Shown here: piece by piece, positions 21,681 through 31,547 of the stretch
Position numbering within the stretch: position 1 is the stretch's first letter
Layout: every line of letters starts with the position of its first letter
NCBI GenBank assembly: GCA_963693025.1
Contig: OY843749.1
Location: forward strand, 2,573,617-2,637,616
Length of the DNA stretch: 64,000 nt
Source: Arenicellales bacterium
Lineage (GTDB): Bacteria; Pseudomonadota; Gammaproteobacteria; Arenicellales; Poriferihabitantaceae
Direction: 5' to 3'
Notes under the pieces: model-generated
What the model was told of the DNA's origin: nothing
Databases searched by the model: none
What the model saw: only the letters and a program-made list of their open reading frames with translations
Position numbers and translations under genes: made by a program

Positions 21681-23126
21681 ATGCGTTTATCCGAGGCGGC
21701 GGCGGTCGCGCACGGCGTGTTGCGGGGGCGCGATGCGTTGTTTGAGAGGGTCGCCATCGACTCGCGCGAAATCCGCCGCGGCGATTTGTTCGTCGCCATT
21801 CGCGGCGAACAACACGACGGCCATGAATTCGTTGCGCGCGCCGGGGAGCAAGGCGCGGTCGGCGCGCTGGTGTCCGAGCGCAATGCGGGGCGGGGTCGGG
21901 ACAGCATCGCCGAAATCGGGGTGCGCGACACCACCGAGGCGATTGGCAGACTCGGCGCGCATTGGCGAAGCCGCTTTGCACTGCCGGTCGTGGCGGTCAC
22001 CGGCAGCAACGGCAAGACCACGGTCACCGCGCTCATTGCCGCCATCTTCAACCGCGCCGGCAACTGCCTGTCGCCGCGCGCCAGTTTCAACAACCATTGG
22101 GGCGTCCCCCTGACGCTGCTGCGGCTGCGCGAATCGCACACGCATGCGGTCATTGAAATGGGGATGAATCACCGCGGCGAAATCGCCTACTTGAGCGGAC
22201 TGACAAAGCCCACGATTGCGCTGATTAACAATGTCGCGCCGGCGCATCTGGCGGGGCTCGCCGACCTGCAAGGCATCGCCGACGCCAAGGCGGAAATCTT
22301 CGGCGACCTCGCGCCGGAGGGCGTCGCCGTGCTGAATGCCGATGACCCGTTTCACGACCATTGGAGCCGCGGGTTGCAACGCCTCGGTGTTAAAAAAGTC
22401 GTGCGCTTCGGCGTGCGCCCGGCGCAAGGCGCGCTCCCCGACATTGATGTTCACGCAACTTCGTTGCCGGACGGCAAGTTAGAACTGAACATCGCCGGCG
22501 AGCGCGAAGTGGTCGCGCTCGCGCTCGCCGGGCAACACAACATCGCCAACGCCGCCGCCGCCGCCGCGGTCGCGTATGCCGCCGGCGTCGGCATCAAACA
22601 AATCCGCGAAGGGCTCAACGCGTTTCCCGGCGCGTTGCCGGGGCGGCTCGCCACCTTCCGCGGGCGCGGCGGCGCGCGGGTCATCGACGACAGTTACAAC
22701 GCCAATCCGGTGTCCGTCCAGGCGGCGCTGGATGTGCTCGCCGAGCGCGACGGCGCGCGCATCGCCGTGCTCGGCGCGATGGCGGAGTTGGGCGCGCAGA
22801 GCGCCGAGTTGCACGAACAAGTCGGCAAGCACGCGCGGCGCAGCGGCGTTCGGCATCTGCTGTGTTTGGGAGCCGTTGATGACGACAATATAACGGGCTA
22901 TCTGCGCGGCTTCGGCGAAGGCGGCGAGCGCTACGACAACCTCAAAAACCTGCTGGCGCGACTCGTGCCGTTGCTGGAAAACCCCGCCCCCGCCGCCACC
23001 AACGCCGCCACCGCCAACGACGAAACCACCGTGCTAATCAAAGGCTCGCGCGCCGCCGCGATGGAGCGGGTGGTGGCGCGGTTGCGGGCGTCCGACATTC
23101 CCCCCGATGGAGACCCGCCATGCTGA
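21681..23126 (+). CDS. murF: UDP-N-acetylmuramoyl-tripeptide--D-alanyl-D-alanine ligase
   Basis: [10 protein letters not shown]-loop and dcw order. GTG at 21678 is an alternative start. Confidence 0.92.
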   Translation: MRLSEAAAVAHGVLRGRDALFERVAIDSREIRRGDLFVAIRGEQHDGHEFVARAGEQGAVGALVSERNAGRGRDSIAEIGVRDTTEAIGRLGAHWRSRFALPVVAVTGSNGKTTVTALIAAIFNRAGNCLSPRASFNNHWGVPLTLLRLRESHTHAVIEMGMNHRGEIAYLSGLTKPTIALINNVAPAHLAGLADLQGIADAKAEIFGDLAPEGVAVLNADDPFHDHWSRGLQRLGVKKVVRFGVRPAQGALPDIDVHATSLPDGKLELNIAGEREVVALALAGQHNIANAAAAAAVAYAAGVGIKQIREGLNAFPGALPGRLATFRGRGGARVIDDSYNANPVSVQAALDVLAERDGARIAVLGAMAELGAQSAELHEQVGKHARRSGVRHLLCLGAVDDDNITGYLRGFGEGGERYDNLKNLLARLVPLLENPAPAATNAATANDETTVLIKGSRAAAMERVVARLRASDIPPDGDPPC

Positions 23127-24202
23127 CCTGGCTATTCGAGCAGTTGTCCCACGACTACGGATTTTTCAACGTCTTCCGCTACCTGACCTTTCGCGGCATC
23201 TGCGGCGTGTTGACCGCGATTTCCATTTTCTTCGTGTTCGCGCCGAGCATGATTCGCAAGTTGAGCCACTACCAAATCAGCCAGACGGTGCGCACCGACG
23301 GACCGCCGACCCACTTCGACAAAGTCGGCACGCCGACCATGGGCGGCGGCATGATTTTGCTGTCGGTGGTGATTTCAACCCTGCTGTGGGGCGACCTCGG
23401 CAACCGCTTCATCTGGGCGATTTTATTCACCACCGTGGCGTTCGGCGTCATCGGCTGGATTGACGACTACCGCAAACTGGTGGACAAAAACCCGCGCGGC
23501 ATGGGCGCGCTCAACAAACTGATGAGCCAGGGCGTGGCGGGCTTGCTGGCGGCGTTGTTCCTATACCACACCGCCGAGTCCGCCGCCGAAACCGCGCTCC
23601 TGCTGCCGCTGTTGAAGGACGTCGCCATTCCGCTCGGCTGGGGTTTCGTGGCGCTGACCTGGCTGGTCATCGTCGGCACCAGCAACGCCGTCAACCTGAC
23701 CGACGGCTTGGACGGCTTGGCGATTATGCCGACCGTGATGGTCGCCGGCGCGCTCGGCATCTTCGCCTACGTGACCGGCAACCTGATTTACGCCGACTAC
23801 CTCGGCATTCCCTACATCGCCGGCGCCGGCGAAGTGCTGGTGTTCTGCGCCACGCTGGTCGGCGCGGGGCTCGGCTTCCTGTGGTTCAACACCTACCCGG
23901 CGCAGGTCTTCATGGGCGACATCGGCGCGCTCTCGCTGGGCGCCGCCATCGGCATCGTCGCGGTCATCGTGCGCCAGGAAATCGTGCTCATCGTCATGGG
24001 CGGCGTGTTCGTCATTGAGACCGTGTCGGTGATTCTGCAGGTCGCCTCCTACAAACTGATTGGGCGGCGCATATTCCGCATGGCGCCGCTGCACCACCAC
24101 TTCGAACTCAAGGGCTGGCCCGAGCCGCGGGTCATCGTGCGCTTCTGGATCATCAGCCTGATTCTCGTGCTGGTCGGGCTGGCGACGCTCAAAATCAGAT
24201 GA
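23120..24202 (+). CDS. mraY: Phospho-N-acetylmuramoyl-pentapeptide transferase
   Basis: 360 aa, polytopic membrane protein. Contains GTPTMGG and [13 protein letters not shown]. Confidence 0.95.
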   Translation: MLTWLFEQLSHDYGFFNVFRYLTFRGICGVLTAISIFFVFAPSMIRKLSHYQISQTVRTDGPPTHFDKVGTPTMGGGMILLSVVISTLLWGDLGNRFIWAILFTTVAFGVIGWIDDYRKLVDKNPRGMGALNKLMSQGVAGLLAALFLYHTAESAAETALLLPLLKDVAIPLGWGFVALTWLVIVGTSNAVNLTDGLDGLAIMPTVMVAGALGIFAYVTGNLIYADYLGIPYIAGAGEVLVFCATLVGAGLGFLWFNTYPAQVFMGDIGALSLGAAIGIVAVIVRQEIVLIVMGGVFVIETVSVILQVASYKLIGRRIFRMAPLHHHFELKGWPEPRVIVRFWIISLILVLVGLATLKIR

Positions 24203-25575
24203 ACACGGCTCCGCGAATGGCGCGACAACCGACCTCAACGCTGGTCCTCGGCTTGGGCAAGACCGGCTACTCGGTGGTCGAGCATCTGGCGGCGCGCGGC
24301 GAGAAAATCACGGTGGCGGACTCCCGCGACCTCGCGCCCTGCCTGTCGCTGGTGCGCGAGCGCCATCCGCGCGTTGAAGTGATTACCGGCGGCCTGCCGG
24401 CGGAGGCGCGTTTCGCGCAATTCGACCGCGTCGTGGTCAGCCCCGGCATCGCGGTGGCGAGCGCGCACCGCCTGGTCGGCGACATCGAGTTGTTTGCCGA
24501 AAGCGCGCGCGCGCCGGTCATCGCGATTACCGGCTCCAACGGAAAATCCACCGTCACCACGCTGGTGTCAAAGATGCTCGCCGCCGCCGGCGCGAAGGCG
24601 CTGACCGGCGGCAACATCGGCACGCCGGCGCTGGAGTTGCTGGCGCAACCGACGCCCGATTTCTATGTGCTGGAACTGTCCAGTTTCCAGTTGGAGAACA
24701 CCTATAGCCTCGCGCCGAAAGCCGCGGCGATTCTCAACATCAGCGAAGACCATCTGGACCGCTACGCGAACATCGACCGCTATGTCGAAGCCAAAGCGCG
24801 CATTCTGGAACACGCCGCCGTCCGCGTGTTGAACCGCGGCGACGCGAGGTTGGCGGCGCTGAGACAAACCCAAACCCAAGCCATCACCTTCGGCTTGGAC
24901 CGCCCCGCCGGGGACGGCGACTACGGCGTGCTGGCGAGCGCGCAAGGGCGCTTCCTGTGCCGCGGCCACGGCGGCAAGCGACTGGCGGCGGTCGAGCAAC
25001 TGGCGGTGCGCGGCGAGCAGAACATCGCCAATGCGCTGGCGGCGCTGGCGTTGGTGGATGCCGCCACCGACACCGCAACGTCCGACACGCCGGCGGTCAT
25101 TGAGGCGTTGCTCAACTTCCGCGGCTTGGAACACCGCTGCGAGCCGGTTGCGGAAATCGCCGGCGTGAAGTGGGTCAACGACTCCAAAGGCACCAACGTC
25201 GGCGCCACCGTCGCCGCGATTAACGGCAGCGCCGGCGGTGATGAAGACAACCTGATTCTAATCGCCGGCGGCATCGGCAAGGGCGCGGATTTTTCGCCGC
25301 TGCGGGAGCCGGTCGGCGCGCGCGTCCGCCACGCGGTGCTGTTCGGGCGGGACGCGGAGCGCATCGCCGACGCCCTCGCCGGGCAGACGGAGATTTCCCG
25401 CGCGACCGACCTGCCGCATGCGGTGGCGCGCGCCGCCGAGTTGGCGCGCGCCGGGCAGACGGTGCTGTTTTCGCCGGCGTGCGCGAGTTTTGACCAGTTT
25501 GAGAACTACGCCGAGCGCGGGCTGGCATTCAAGCGGCTGGTGGCGGCGTTGGCGTCGACGGAGGAACGCGCGTGA
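24199..25575 (+). CDS. murD: UDP-N-acetylmuramoylalanine--D-glutamate ligase
   Basis: [10 protein letters not shown]-loop. Overlaps the mraY stop. Confidence 0.92.
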   Translation: MNTAPRMARQPTSTLVLGLGKTGYSVVEHLAARGEKITVADSRDLAPCLSLVRERHPRVEVITGGLPAEARFAQFDRVVVSPGIAVASAHRLVGDIELFAESARAPVIAITGSNGKSTVTTLVSKMLAAAGAKALTGGNIGTPALELLAQPTPDFYVLELSSFQLENTYSLAPKAAAILNISEDHLDRYANIDRYVEAKARILEHAAVRVLNRGDARLAALRQTQTQAITFGLDRPAGDGDYGVLASAQGRFLCRGHGGKRLAAVEQLAVRGEQNIANALAALALVDAATDTATSDTPAVIEALLNFRGLEHRCEPVAEIAGVKWVNDSKGTNVGATVAAINGSAGGDEDNLILIAGGIGKGADFSPLREPVGARVRHAVLFGRDAERIADALAGQTEISRATDLPHAVARAAELARAGQTVLFSPACASFDQFENYAERGLAFKRLVAALASTEERA

Positions 25576-26753
25576 GCACATCCGCCACCCTGCAAGCGCG
25601 GCGCGCAATAGGCGATGCGGGGTATGACCGCGTGTTGTTGCTGACCGTGGCGGCGCTGTTGTCCGGCGGCATCGTGATGGTCTATTCGGCGTCTATCGCG
25701 GTGGACAGCGCGACCCTGCGCATCAACTTCCACCACTTCTTCCGGCAACTCGCGCACATCGGCTTGGGCGCGGCGTTGCTGCTGGCGGGCGCATTCATCA
25801 AACTGGAATGGTTGCAGCGCGCCGGCAAGGCATTGCTGGTGGTCGGACTGCTGCTGCTGGTCGCGGTGCTGGTGCCGTCGGTCGGCGTGGAAGTCAACGG
25901 CAGTCTGCGCTGGCTTGAGTTCGGCGGGGTGCGCGTGCAGCCGTCGGAGGTGATGAAAATCGCCACGATTATCTACTTCGCCGATTATTTCGCACGCAAA
26001 CAACACGACCTGCACCGCTTCCGGGTCGGCGTCATCAACGTCGGTCTGGTGGTCGGCGTCATCGGCTTCCTGCTGTTGCTGGAGCCGGACTTCGGCGCCA
26101 CCGCCGTGATTGCCGCCAGCGTGACCGCGATGATGTTCCTCGCCGGCGTGCGCTTCTGGCATTTCTGCGCCAGCATCTGCGTGTCGGGCGCGCTCATGGC
26201 GTCGCTGGTCTGGCAGGAGTCATACCGCGTCCAACGGCTGATGGTGCACCGCGACCCGTGGGCGGAGCCGTTCGACGGCGGCTTCCAGTTGGTGCAGGCG
26301 CTCATCGCGATTGGCCGCGGCGAATGGTTCGGCGCCGGGCTCGGCAACAGCATCCAAAAACTCTTCTACCTGCCGCATGCCGGCACCGATTTTCTGATTG
26401 CGGTCATCGCCGAGGAACTCGGCGCGCTCGGCATTTTCGCCGTCCTGTTGTTGTATGCCCTGCTGCTGTGGCGGGCATTCGTCATCGCCCGGCGCGGGTT
26501 GGACCAGGGGCATCGCTTCGCCGGCTTCCTCGCGCAGGGAATCGGGTTGCTGATTGCCCTGCAAGCGGCGGTTCACATTGGCGTCAACACCGGGCTGCTG
26601 CCGACCAAGGGCTTGACCCTGCCGTTGATGAGTTACGGCGGGTCGAGCATGCTCAGCAACATGGCCGCCATCGGCCTGCTGTTTGCCGCCGACCGGCACA
26701 CGCGCCCGCAACCGCGCCACGCCCGCGGCGCCGGCGCAGGAGGCGCGCAATGA
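25572..26753 (+). CDS. ftsW: SEDS peptidoglycan glycosyltransferase FtsW
   Basis: 393 aa, about 10 TM segments, SEDS-like (LPTKGLTLPLMSYGGSS). Confidence 0.92.
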   Translation: MSTSATLQARRAIGDAGYDRVLLLTVAALLSGGIVMVYSASIAVDSATLRINFHHFFRQLAHIGLGAALLLAGAFIKLEWLQRAGKALLVVGLLLLVAVLVPSVGVEVNGSLRWLEFGGVRVQPSEVMKIATIIYFADYFARKQHDLHRFRVGVINVGLVVGVIGFLLLLEPDFGATAVIAASVTAMMFLAGVRFWHFCASICVSGALMASLVWQESYRVQRLMVHRDPWAEPFDGGFQLVQALIAIGRGEWFGAGLGNSIQKLFYLPHAGTDFLIAVIAEELGALGIFAVLLLYALLLWRAFVIARRGLDQGHRFAGFLAQGIGLLIALQAAVHIGVNTGLLPTKGLTLPLMSYGGSSMLSNMAAIGLLFAADRHTRPQPRHARGAGAGGAQ

Positions 26754-27835
26754 CTCGCGTCATGGTGATGGCGGGCGGCACCGGCGGCCACGTGATGCCG
26801 GCGCTGGCGGTCGCCGACTGCCTGCGCGCGCGCGGCGTGGAGGTGCTGTGGATTGGAACCGGCGGCGGCGTGGAAGCGACGCTGGTGCCGCGCGCCGGGT
26901 TTGAGTTGACGCTCATCCATATTAAAGGCGTGCGCCAGAGCGGCGTGGCGCGCGTGGCGGCGATGCCGTTCATGCTGGCGTGGGCAATGCTGCAAGCGCT
27001 GATTATCGTGCTGCGGCGCAAGCCGGATGCCGTGCTCGGCATGGGCGGTTTCGTCTCCGGTCCCGGCGGCTTGGTCGCGGGTTTGTTGCGTCGTCCGCTG
27101 GTGGTGCACGAACAAAACACCATCGCCGGGCTGACCAACCGCCATCTGGCGCGCTTCGCCACGCGGGTGCTGAGCGGCTTTCCGGCGGTCGCCGGCATCG
27201 CCGATTTCACCTGGGTCGGCAATCCGGTGCGCCGCGAAATCATCGACATTCCCGCCCCCGAAGCGCGGTTGGCCGGGCGCGAGGGCGCGTTGCGGTTGCT
27301 GGTGGTCGGCGGCAGCCGCGGCGCGGAGGCATTCAACCGCCACCTGCCCGGTTTGCTGGCGCGCGTGCGCGATTTGGCGCCGGAAGTCCGCCATCAATGC
27401 GGGCGTGGGGTCGGGGATGCTGCCACCGCCGATGCGGTGCGCCAGCGCTATCTGGACGCCGGCATCAGCGGCGAGGTGGTGGAGTTCATCGACGACATGG
27501 CGGCGGCCTACGCGTGGTGCGACCTCGTGATTTGCCGCGCCGGTGCGATGACCGTGTCGGAAGTGTGCGCCGCCGGCGTCGCCGCGATTTTCGTTCCCTA
27601 TCCGCATGCCGTGAGCGACCATCAAGCCTGCAACGCCGACTATCTGCAATCGCGCTCGGCGGCGCATCTGGTGCGTCAGGATGACTTCATCGACGGCGGC
27701 TGGCTCGACCGTCTCGGCGAGTTTCAGCGCGACCGCGCGTTGCTCGTGAAAATGGCGCAAGCGGCGCGGCGGCTGGCGCGTCCCGAGGCGGCGACCGACG
27801 TGGCGCGCGCTTGCATGGAGGCTGCCGGTGCGTGA
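26750..27835 (+). CDS. murG: UDP-N-acetylglucosamine--N-acetylmuramyl-(pentapeptide) pyrophosphoryl-undecaprenol GlcNAc transferase
   Basis: MTRVMVMAGGTGGHVMPALAV. ATGA overlap with ftsW. The upstream part of ORF 26258..27835 is rejected. Confidence 0.93.
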   Translation: MTRVMVMAGGTGGHVMPALAVADCLRARGVEVLWIGTGGGVEATLVPRAGFELTLIHIKGVRQSGVARVAAMPFMLAWAMLQALIIVLRRKPDAVLGMGGFVSGPGGLVAGLLRRPLVVHEQNTIAGLTNRHLARFATRVLSGFPAVAGIADFTWVGNPVRREIIDIPAPEARLAGREGALRLLVVGGSRGAEAFNRHLPGLLARVRDLAPEVRHQCGRGVGDAATADAVRQRYLDAGISGEVVEFIDDMAAAYAWCDLVICRAGAMTVSEVCAAGVAAIFVPYPHAVSDHQACNADYLQSRSAAHLVRQDDFIDGGWLDRLGEFQRDRALLVKMAQAARRLARPEAATDVARACMEAAGA

Positions 27836-29258
27836 ATTCGTCAAACGCATTCACTTCGTCGGCATCGGCGGCATCGGCATGAGCGGCATCGCCGAAGTGC
27901 TGTTGGAACTGGACTTCGCGGTGTCCGGCTCGGACATCGTTGGCGGCGCGACTTTGGAGCGTTTGGGCGAAGCGGGCGCGCGTGTGGTGTGCGGTCATCG
28001 CGCCGAAAACATCGCCGACGCCGAGGCGGTGGTGGCGTCGAGCGCGGTCGCCGACGACAACGTGGAACTGCAAGCGGCGCGCAAGCGCAACATTCCGGTG
28101 GTGCCGCGCGCCGAAATGCTGGGCGAGTTGATGCGCTTTCGCAGGGGCATAGCGGTCGCCGGCACGCACGGCAAGACCACCGCCACCAGTCTGGTGGCGG
28201 CGGTGCTGGCGCGCGCCGGTCTCGACCCGACCTTCATCGTCGGCGGCGTGGTCAACAGCGCGCACACCAACGCGCGCCTCGGGCGGGGCGAGCACATGGT
28301 GGTCGAAGCCGACGAAAGCGACGCCTCCTTCCTCCACCTGCACCCGCAAATCGCGGTGCTGACCAACATCGACGCCGACCACATGGCGACCTACGGCGGG
28401 GATTTCACGCAACTGAAAGCGGCGTGTCTGGCGTTCCTCAACAACCTGCCGTTCTACGGGCTGGCGGCGCTCTGCTTCGACGACCCGGCGGTGCGCGAAA
28501 TCGCCGCGCAATTGCACAAGCCGGTGGCGAGTTACGGTTTCGCCGAGGGCGTGGATTTTCGCGCGATTGATGTCCGCCAGGAGGGGCGCGACAGTTTCTT
28601 CCGCGTGGAGCGCCACGGACAACCGGCGGGCGGCGAATACCGGCTCGCGCTGCCGGGACGGCACAACGTACAAAACGCGCTCGCGGCAATAGCGGTCGCC
28701 TCGCGTTTGGGCGTCGGCGATGACGCCGTGGCGCAGGCATTGTCCGGTTTTGAGGGCATCGGCAGGCGCTTCGACGCGCTCGGTGAAGTGGCGTTGGAGC
28801 GCGGCGGCGTGGAGTTGGTCGACGACTACGCCCACCACCCGACCGAACTCGCCGCGACCCTGCAAGCGGCGCGCGACTGCTGGCCGCGGCGCCGGTTGGT
28901 GGTGGTGTTTCAACCGCACCGCTACACCCGCACGCGCGACCTGTTCGACGATTTCGTGCGCGTGCTGGCGGGCATCGACAACCTCGTCATCACGCAAGTC
29001 TACCCCGCCGGCGAACCCCCCATCCCCGGCGCCGGCGCCCGCGCGCTATGCCGCGCCATACGCAAATGGGGCGCCGAGCCGGTATTCATAGAAGACCTGC
29101 CGGCGCTCGCGGAACTGCTGCCAAACATTTTGCGCGACGATGATGTGTTGCTGACCCTGGGCGCGGGTGATATTGGACGCTTCGCGCAGTCGCTGCCTGA
29201 GCGCGGGTTGCGTGGTGGCGCGGGAATGAAAACAAAGGAGGCTATCAATGAGAGTTGA
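27828..29258 (+). CDS. murC: UDP-N-acetylmuramate--L-alanine ligase
   Basis: GTG start. HFVGIGGIGMSGIA and P-loop AGTHGKTT. Confidence 0.93.
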   Translation: MREFVKRIHFVGIGGIGMSGIAEVLLELDFAVSGSDIVGGATLERLGEAGARVVCGHRAENIADAEAVVASSAVADDNVELQAARKRNIPVVPRAEMLGELMRFRRGIAVAGTHGKTTATSLVAAVLARAGLDPTFIVGGVVNSAHTNARLGRGEHMVVEADESDASFLHLHPQIAVLTNIDADHMATYGGDFTQLKAACLAFLNNLPFYGLAALCFDDPAVREIAAQLHKPVASYGFAEGVDFRAIDVRQEGRDSFFRVERHGQPAGGEYRLALPGRHNVQNALAAIAVASRLGVGDDAVAQALSGFEGIGRRFDALGEVALERGGVELVDDYAHHPTELAATLQAARDCWPRRRLVVVFQPHRYTRTRDLFDDFVRVLAGIDNLVITQVYPAGEPPIPGAGARALCRAIRKWGAEPVFIEDLPALAELLPNILRDDDVLLTLGAGDIGRFAQSLPERGLRGGAGMKTKEAINES

Positions 29259-29301
29259 CAAAAACACCCAACAAAAACCACAACCTCGAAAACAACAACT
29301 T

Positions 29302-29512
29302 CGTCATTCTCGAGCGTTAGTGTCCGTTAGTCGCCGCGCTTTTTCTTTTAAGCGGCGGCTTACGGACACTTACGACCTCGGGAATCTCCCTAAGATTGGC
29401 ACGGACTTGAACAAAGCCGTTGCGAGCTCAGCGCCAACCTTATGGAGATTCCCGAATCGAAGAAAATATGGTCGCCTAACGGCTCCCTATTTTCTACCGT
29501 TCGAGAATGACG
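29302..29512 (+). mobile_element. MITE-like TIR element (211 bp, divergent hairpin-2 loop)
   Basis: CGTCATTCTCGAGCG at 29302 and CGTTCGAGAATGACG at 29498-29512. The right arm of hairpin 2 is CTTATGGAGATTCCC. Confidence 0.85.
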
Positions 29513-29521
29513 GGCATAACT

Positions 29522-29718
29522 CGTCATTCTCGAGCGTTAGTGACCGTTGGCCGCCGCGCTTCTTCTTGCGGCGGCTTACGGACACTTGCGTCCTCGGGAA
29601 TCTCCCTAAGACTGGCACGGGCTTTGTTGGAATTCACGGTAGCCTTAGGGAGATTCCCGAAGGCGATGAAAAATATAGTCGCTGGCGCTCCTTATTTTTC
29701 TATCGTTCGAGAATGACG
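29522..29718 (+). mobile_element. MITE-like TIR element, short form (197 bp)
   Basis: CGTCATTCTCGAGCG at 29522 and CGTTCGAGAATGACG at 29704-29718. Separated from the preceding copy by GGCATAACT. Confidence 0.85.
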
Positions 29719-29728
29719 GGGTTGGGGA

Positions 29729-29758
29729 CTCCCTATTTTCTACCGTTCGAGAATGACG
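29729..29758 (+). repeat. Solo right end of the MITE
   Basis: CTCCCTATTTTCTACCGTTCGAGAATGACG with no matching left part. Confidence 0.8.
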
Positions 29759-29789
29759 GAATAACCCCCAAAACAAAGGCGGCAACGGC

Positions 29790-30728
29790 ATGATGGCGCA
29801 GGCGACCCACGACGACGCCCCGCCGTTTATGACCGGCTTGCGCGGGCGGTTGTGTGTTGACGAGCCGATGTCGCGCCATACCAGTTGGCGGGTTGGCGGG
29901 TTGGCGGACTATTTTTATACGCCGGCGGATAAAGCCGACTTGGTCAAACTGCTCACCCAACTGCCCGGCGACATACCGCTCTACTGGGTCGGACTCGGCA
30001 GCAATCTGCTGGTGCGCGACGGCGGCGTGGCGGGCATGGTGCTACGTACGTCGCAGGGATTGTCGGCGATGGACTTTTCCGCCACCCCCGATGGCGGCGG
30101 CTATGTGGAAGCGGGCGTGTCGTGCGCCAAGGTGGCGCGCGCGGCGGTCGCGCACGGGCTGAGCGGTGCCGAGTTTCTCGCCGGCGTGCCCGGCTCCTTC
30201 GGCGGCGCGCTGGCGATGAACGCCGGCGCTTTCGGCGGCGAGACCTGGGACTTGGTGACTGAGGTGGAATGCGTCAACCGCGCCGGCGAATGCCGGACAT
30301 TGCGCGCCGCCGATGTCGCGGTCGGCTACCGTAGCGTGGAATTGCCGGCGCATTGCTGGTTGCTGAGCGCGCGCATCGCGCTGTCGCCCAATCCAAACAC
30401 CGACTCCGCCACGCACGGCAAACAACGCATCCGCAGCCTGCTGGAAAAACGCAACGCCAGCCAGCCGGTGCAAAGCGCCAACGCCGGCTCGGTGTTTCGC
30501 AATCCGCGCGGCGACCACGCCGCCCGACTGCTGGAGCGCGCCGGGCTCAAGGGCAGGCGAATCGGCGACGCGGTCGTCTCCGAGACGCACGCCAACTTCA
30601 TCATCAACCGCGGCAACGCGCGCGCCGACGACATTGAGCGGTTAATCGAGGCGGCGCGGCGCGAGGTGGCGGCGCAGACCGGCGTGGAACTCGCGACCGA
30701 AGTTCGCATCATCGGGAGGCGCGCATGA
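29790..30728 (+). CDS. murB: UDP-N-acetylenolpyruvoylglucosamine reductase
   Basis: 312 aa. SWRVGGLADYF and LGSGSNLLV-like (GLGSNLLVRDGG) FAD-binding motifs. Confidence 0.92.
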   Translation: MMAQATHDDAPPFMTGLRGRLCVDEPMSRHTSWRVGGLADYFYTPADKADLVKLLTQLPGDIPLYWVGLGSNLLVRDGGVAGMVLRTSQGLSAMDFSATPDGGGYVEAGVSCAKVARAAVAHGLSGAEFLAGVPGSFGGALAMNAGAFGGETWDLVTEVECVNRAGECRTLRAADVAVGYRSVELPAHCWLLSARIALSPNPNTDSATHGKQRIRSLLEKRNASQPVQSANAGSVFRNPRGDHAARLLERAGLKGRRIGDAVVSETHANFIINRGNARADDIERLIEAARREVAAQTGVELATEVRIIGRRA

Positions 30729-31543
30729 GCGCCGCCGCTCAGTCGGCGCGGCGCGGCGCGGCGTCCACCCTCGCGGGCTGGATTATCGCGCTGGCGCTGC
30801 TCGCGCTGGCGGTCTTGTTCGCCGCCGACCGTTTGTATAACGCCGAGCAGTTTCGCATCCGCGAAGTGGAGGTGCACGGGCGCTTCAGCCACGTCGATGG
30901 CGCGCGCGTCAAGGCGGTGGTCGAGCAGTCGCTGCCGGGCAACTATTTCTCGCTCAGCCTGGCGGCGGTGGAGGCGCGTATCGCGCAACTGCCCTGGGTG
31001 TTCAGCGCCTCGGTGCGCCGCAAATGGCCCCATACGCTGGTGGTGGACGTGGTTGAGGTGCAGCCGGTGGCGAAGTGGGGGCGGCGCCAGTGGCTCAACT
31101 TCACCGGCGACTTGGTCGCCCAACAACCCGGCGCGTCGGCGGACGAGCGCAGCCTGCCGGTGTTGTCCGGTCCCGACAGCCGCCGGGCTGAAGTGTGGCA
31201 AGCGTTCCGCGGCTGGTCGGAGATGTTTGCCGCCAACGGATTGAGTTTGGATGAACTCCGCTTTGATGCGCGCGGCTTGTGGTATCTGCAACTCTCGGTC
31301 GGCGCATTGGCGCGCACAAAATCCGCAACCGCAACCACAACCGCCACCGCAACAACGCCGGTCACCTTAATCGTGCAACGGGAACACGCCGAGGAGCGCA
31401 TCGCGCGCTTCGTCGCGGCGTTGCGCGCGCGGCTCATCGGCGACTTCGCCGAGATGCGCATCGTCGACCTCCGGTATCCGAACGGCTTTGCCGTCAACCG
31501 CACCGCCGCACCCGAAGCGCGGCTGGCGCACAGCGAGCCCTAA
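30725..31543 (+). CDS. ftsQ: Cell division protein FtsQ
   Basis: 272 aa with an N-terminal TM and a POTRA-like region (FRIREVEVHG). Overlaps the murB stop. Carries a Thr/Ala low-complexity insert (TKSATATTTATATTPVT). Confidence 0.88.
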   Translation: MSAAAQSARRGAASTLAGWIIALALLALAVLFAADRLYNAEQFRIREVEVHGRFSHVDGARVKAVVEQSLPGNYFSLSLAAVEARIAQLPWVFSASVRRKWPHTLVVDVVEVQPVAKWGRRQWLNFTGDLVAQQPGASADERSLPVLSGPDSRRAEVWQAFRGWSEMFAANGLSLDELRFDARGLWYLQLSVGALARTKSATATTTATATTPVTLIVQREHAEERIARFVAALRARLIGDFAEMRIVDLRYPNGFAVNRTAAPEARLAHSEP

Positions 31544-31547
31544 TCCC

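Noticed and set aside
29302-29758. Tandem MITE copies with short spacers superficially resemble a repeat-spacer (CRISPR-like) array.
   Set aside because: The repeat units are about 200 bp with TIRs, the spacers are only 8-13 bp, and no cas genes or leader are present. This is not a CRISPR array.
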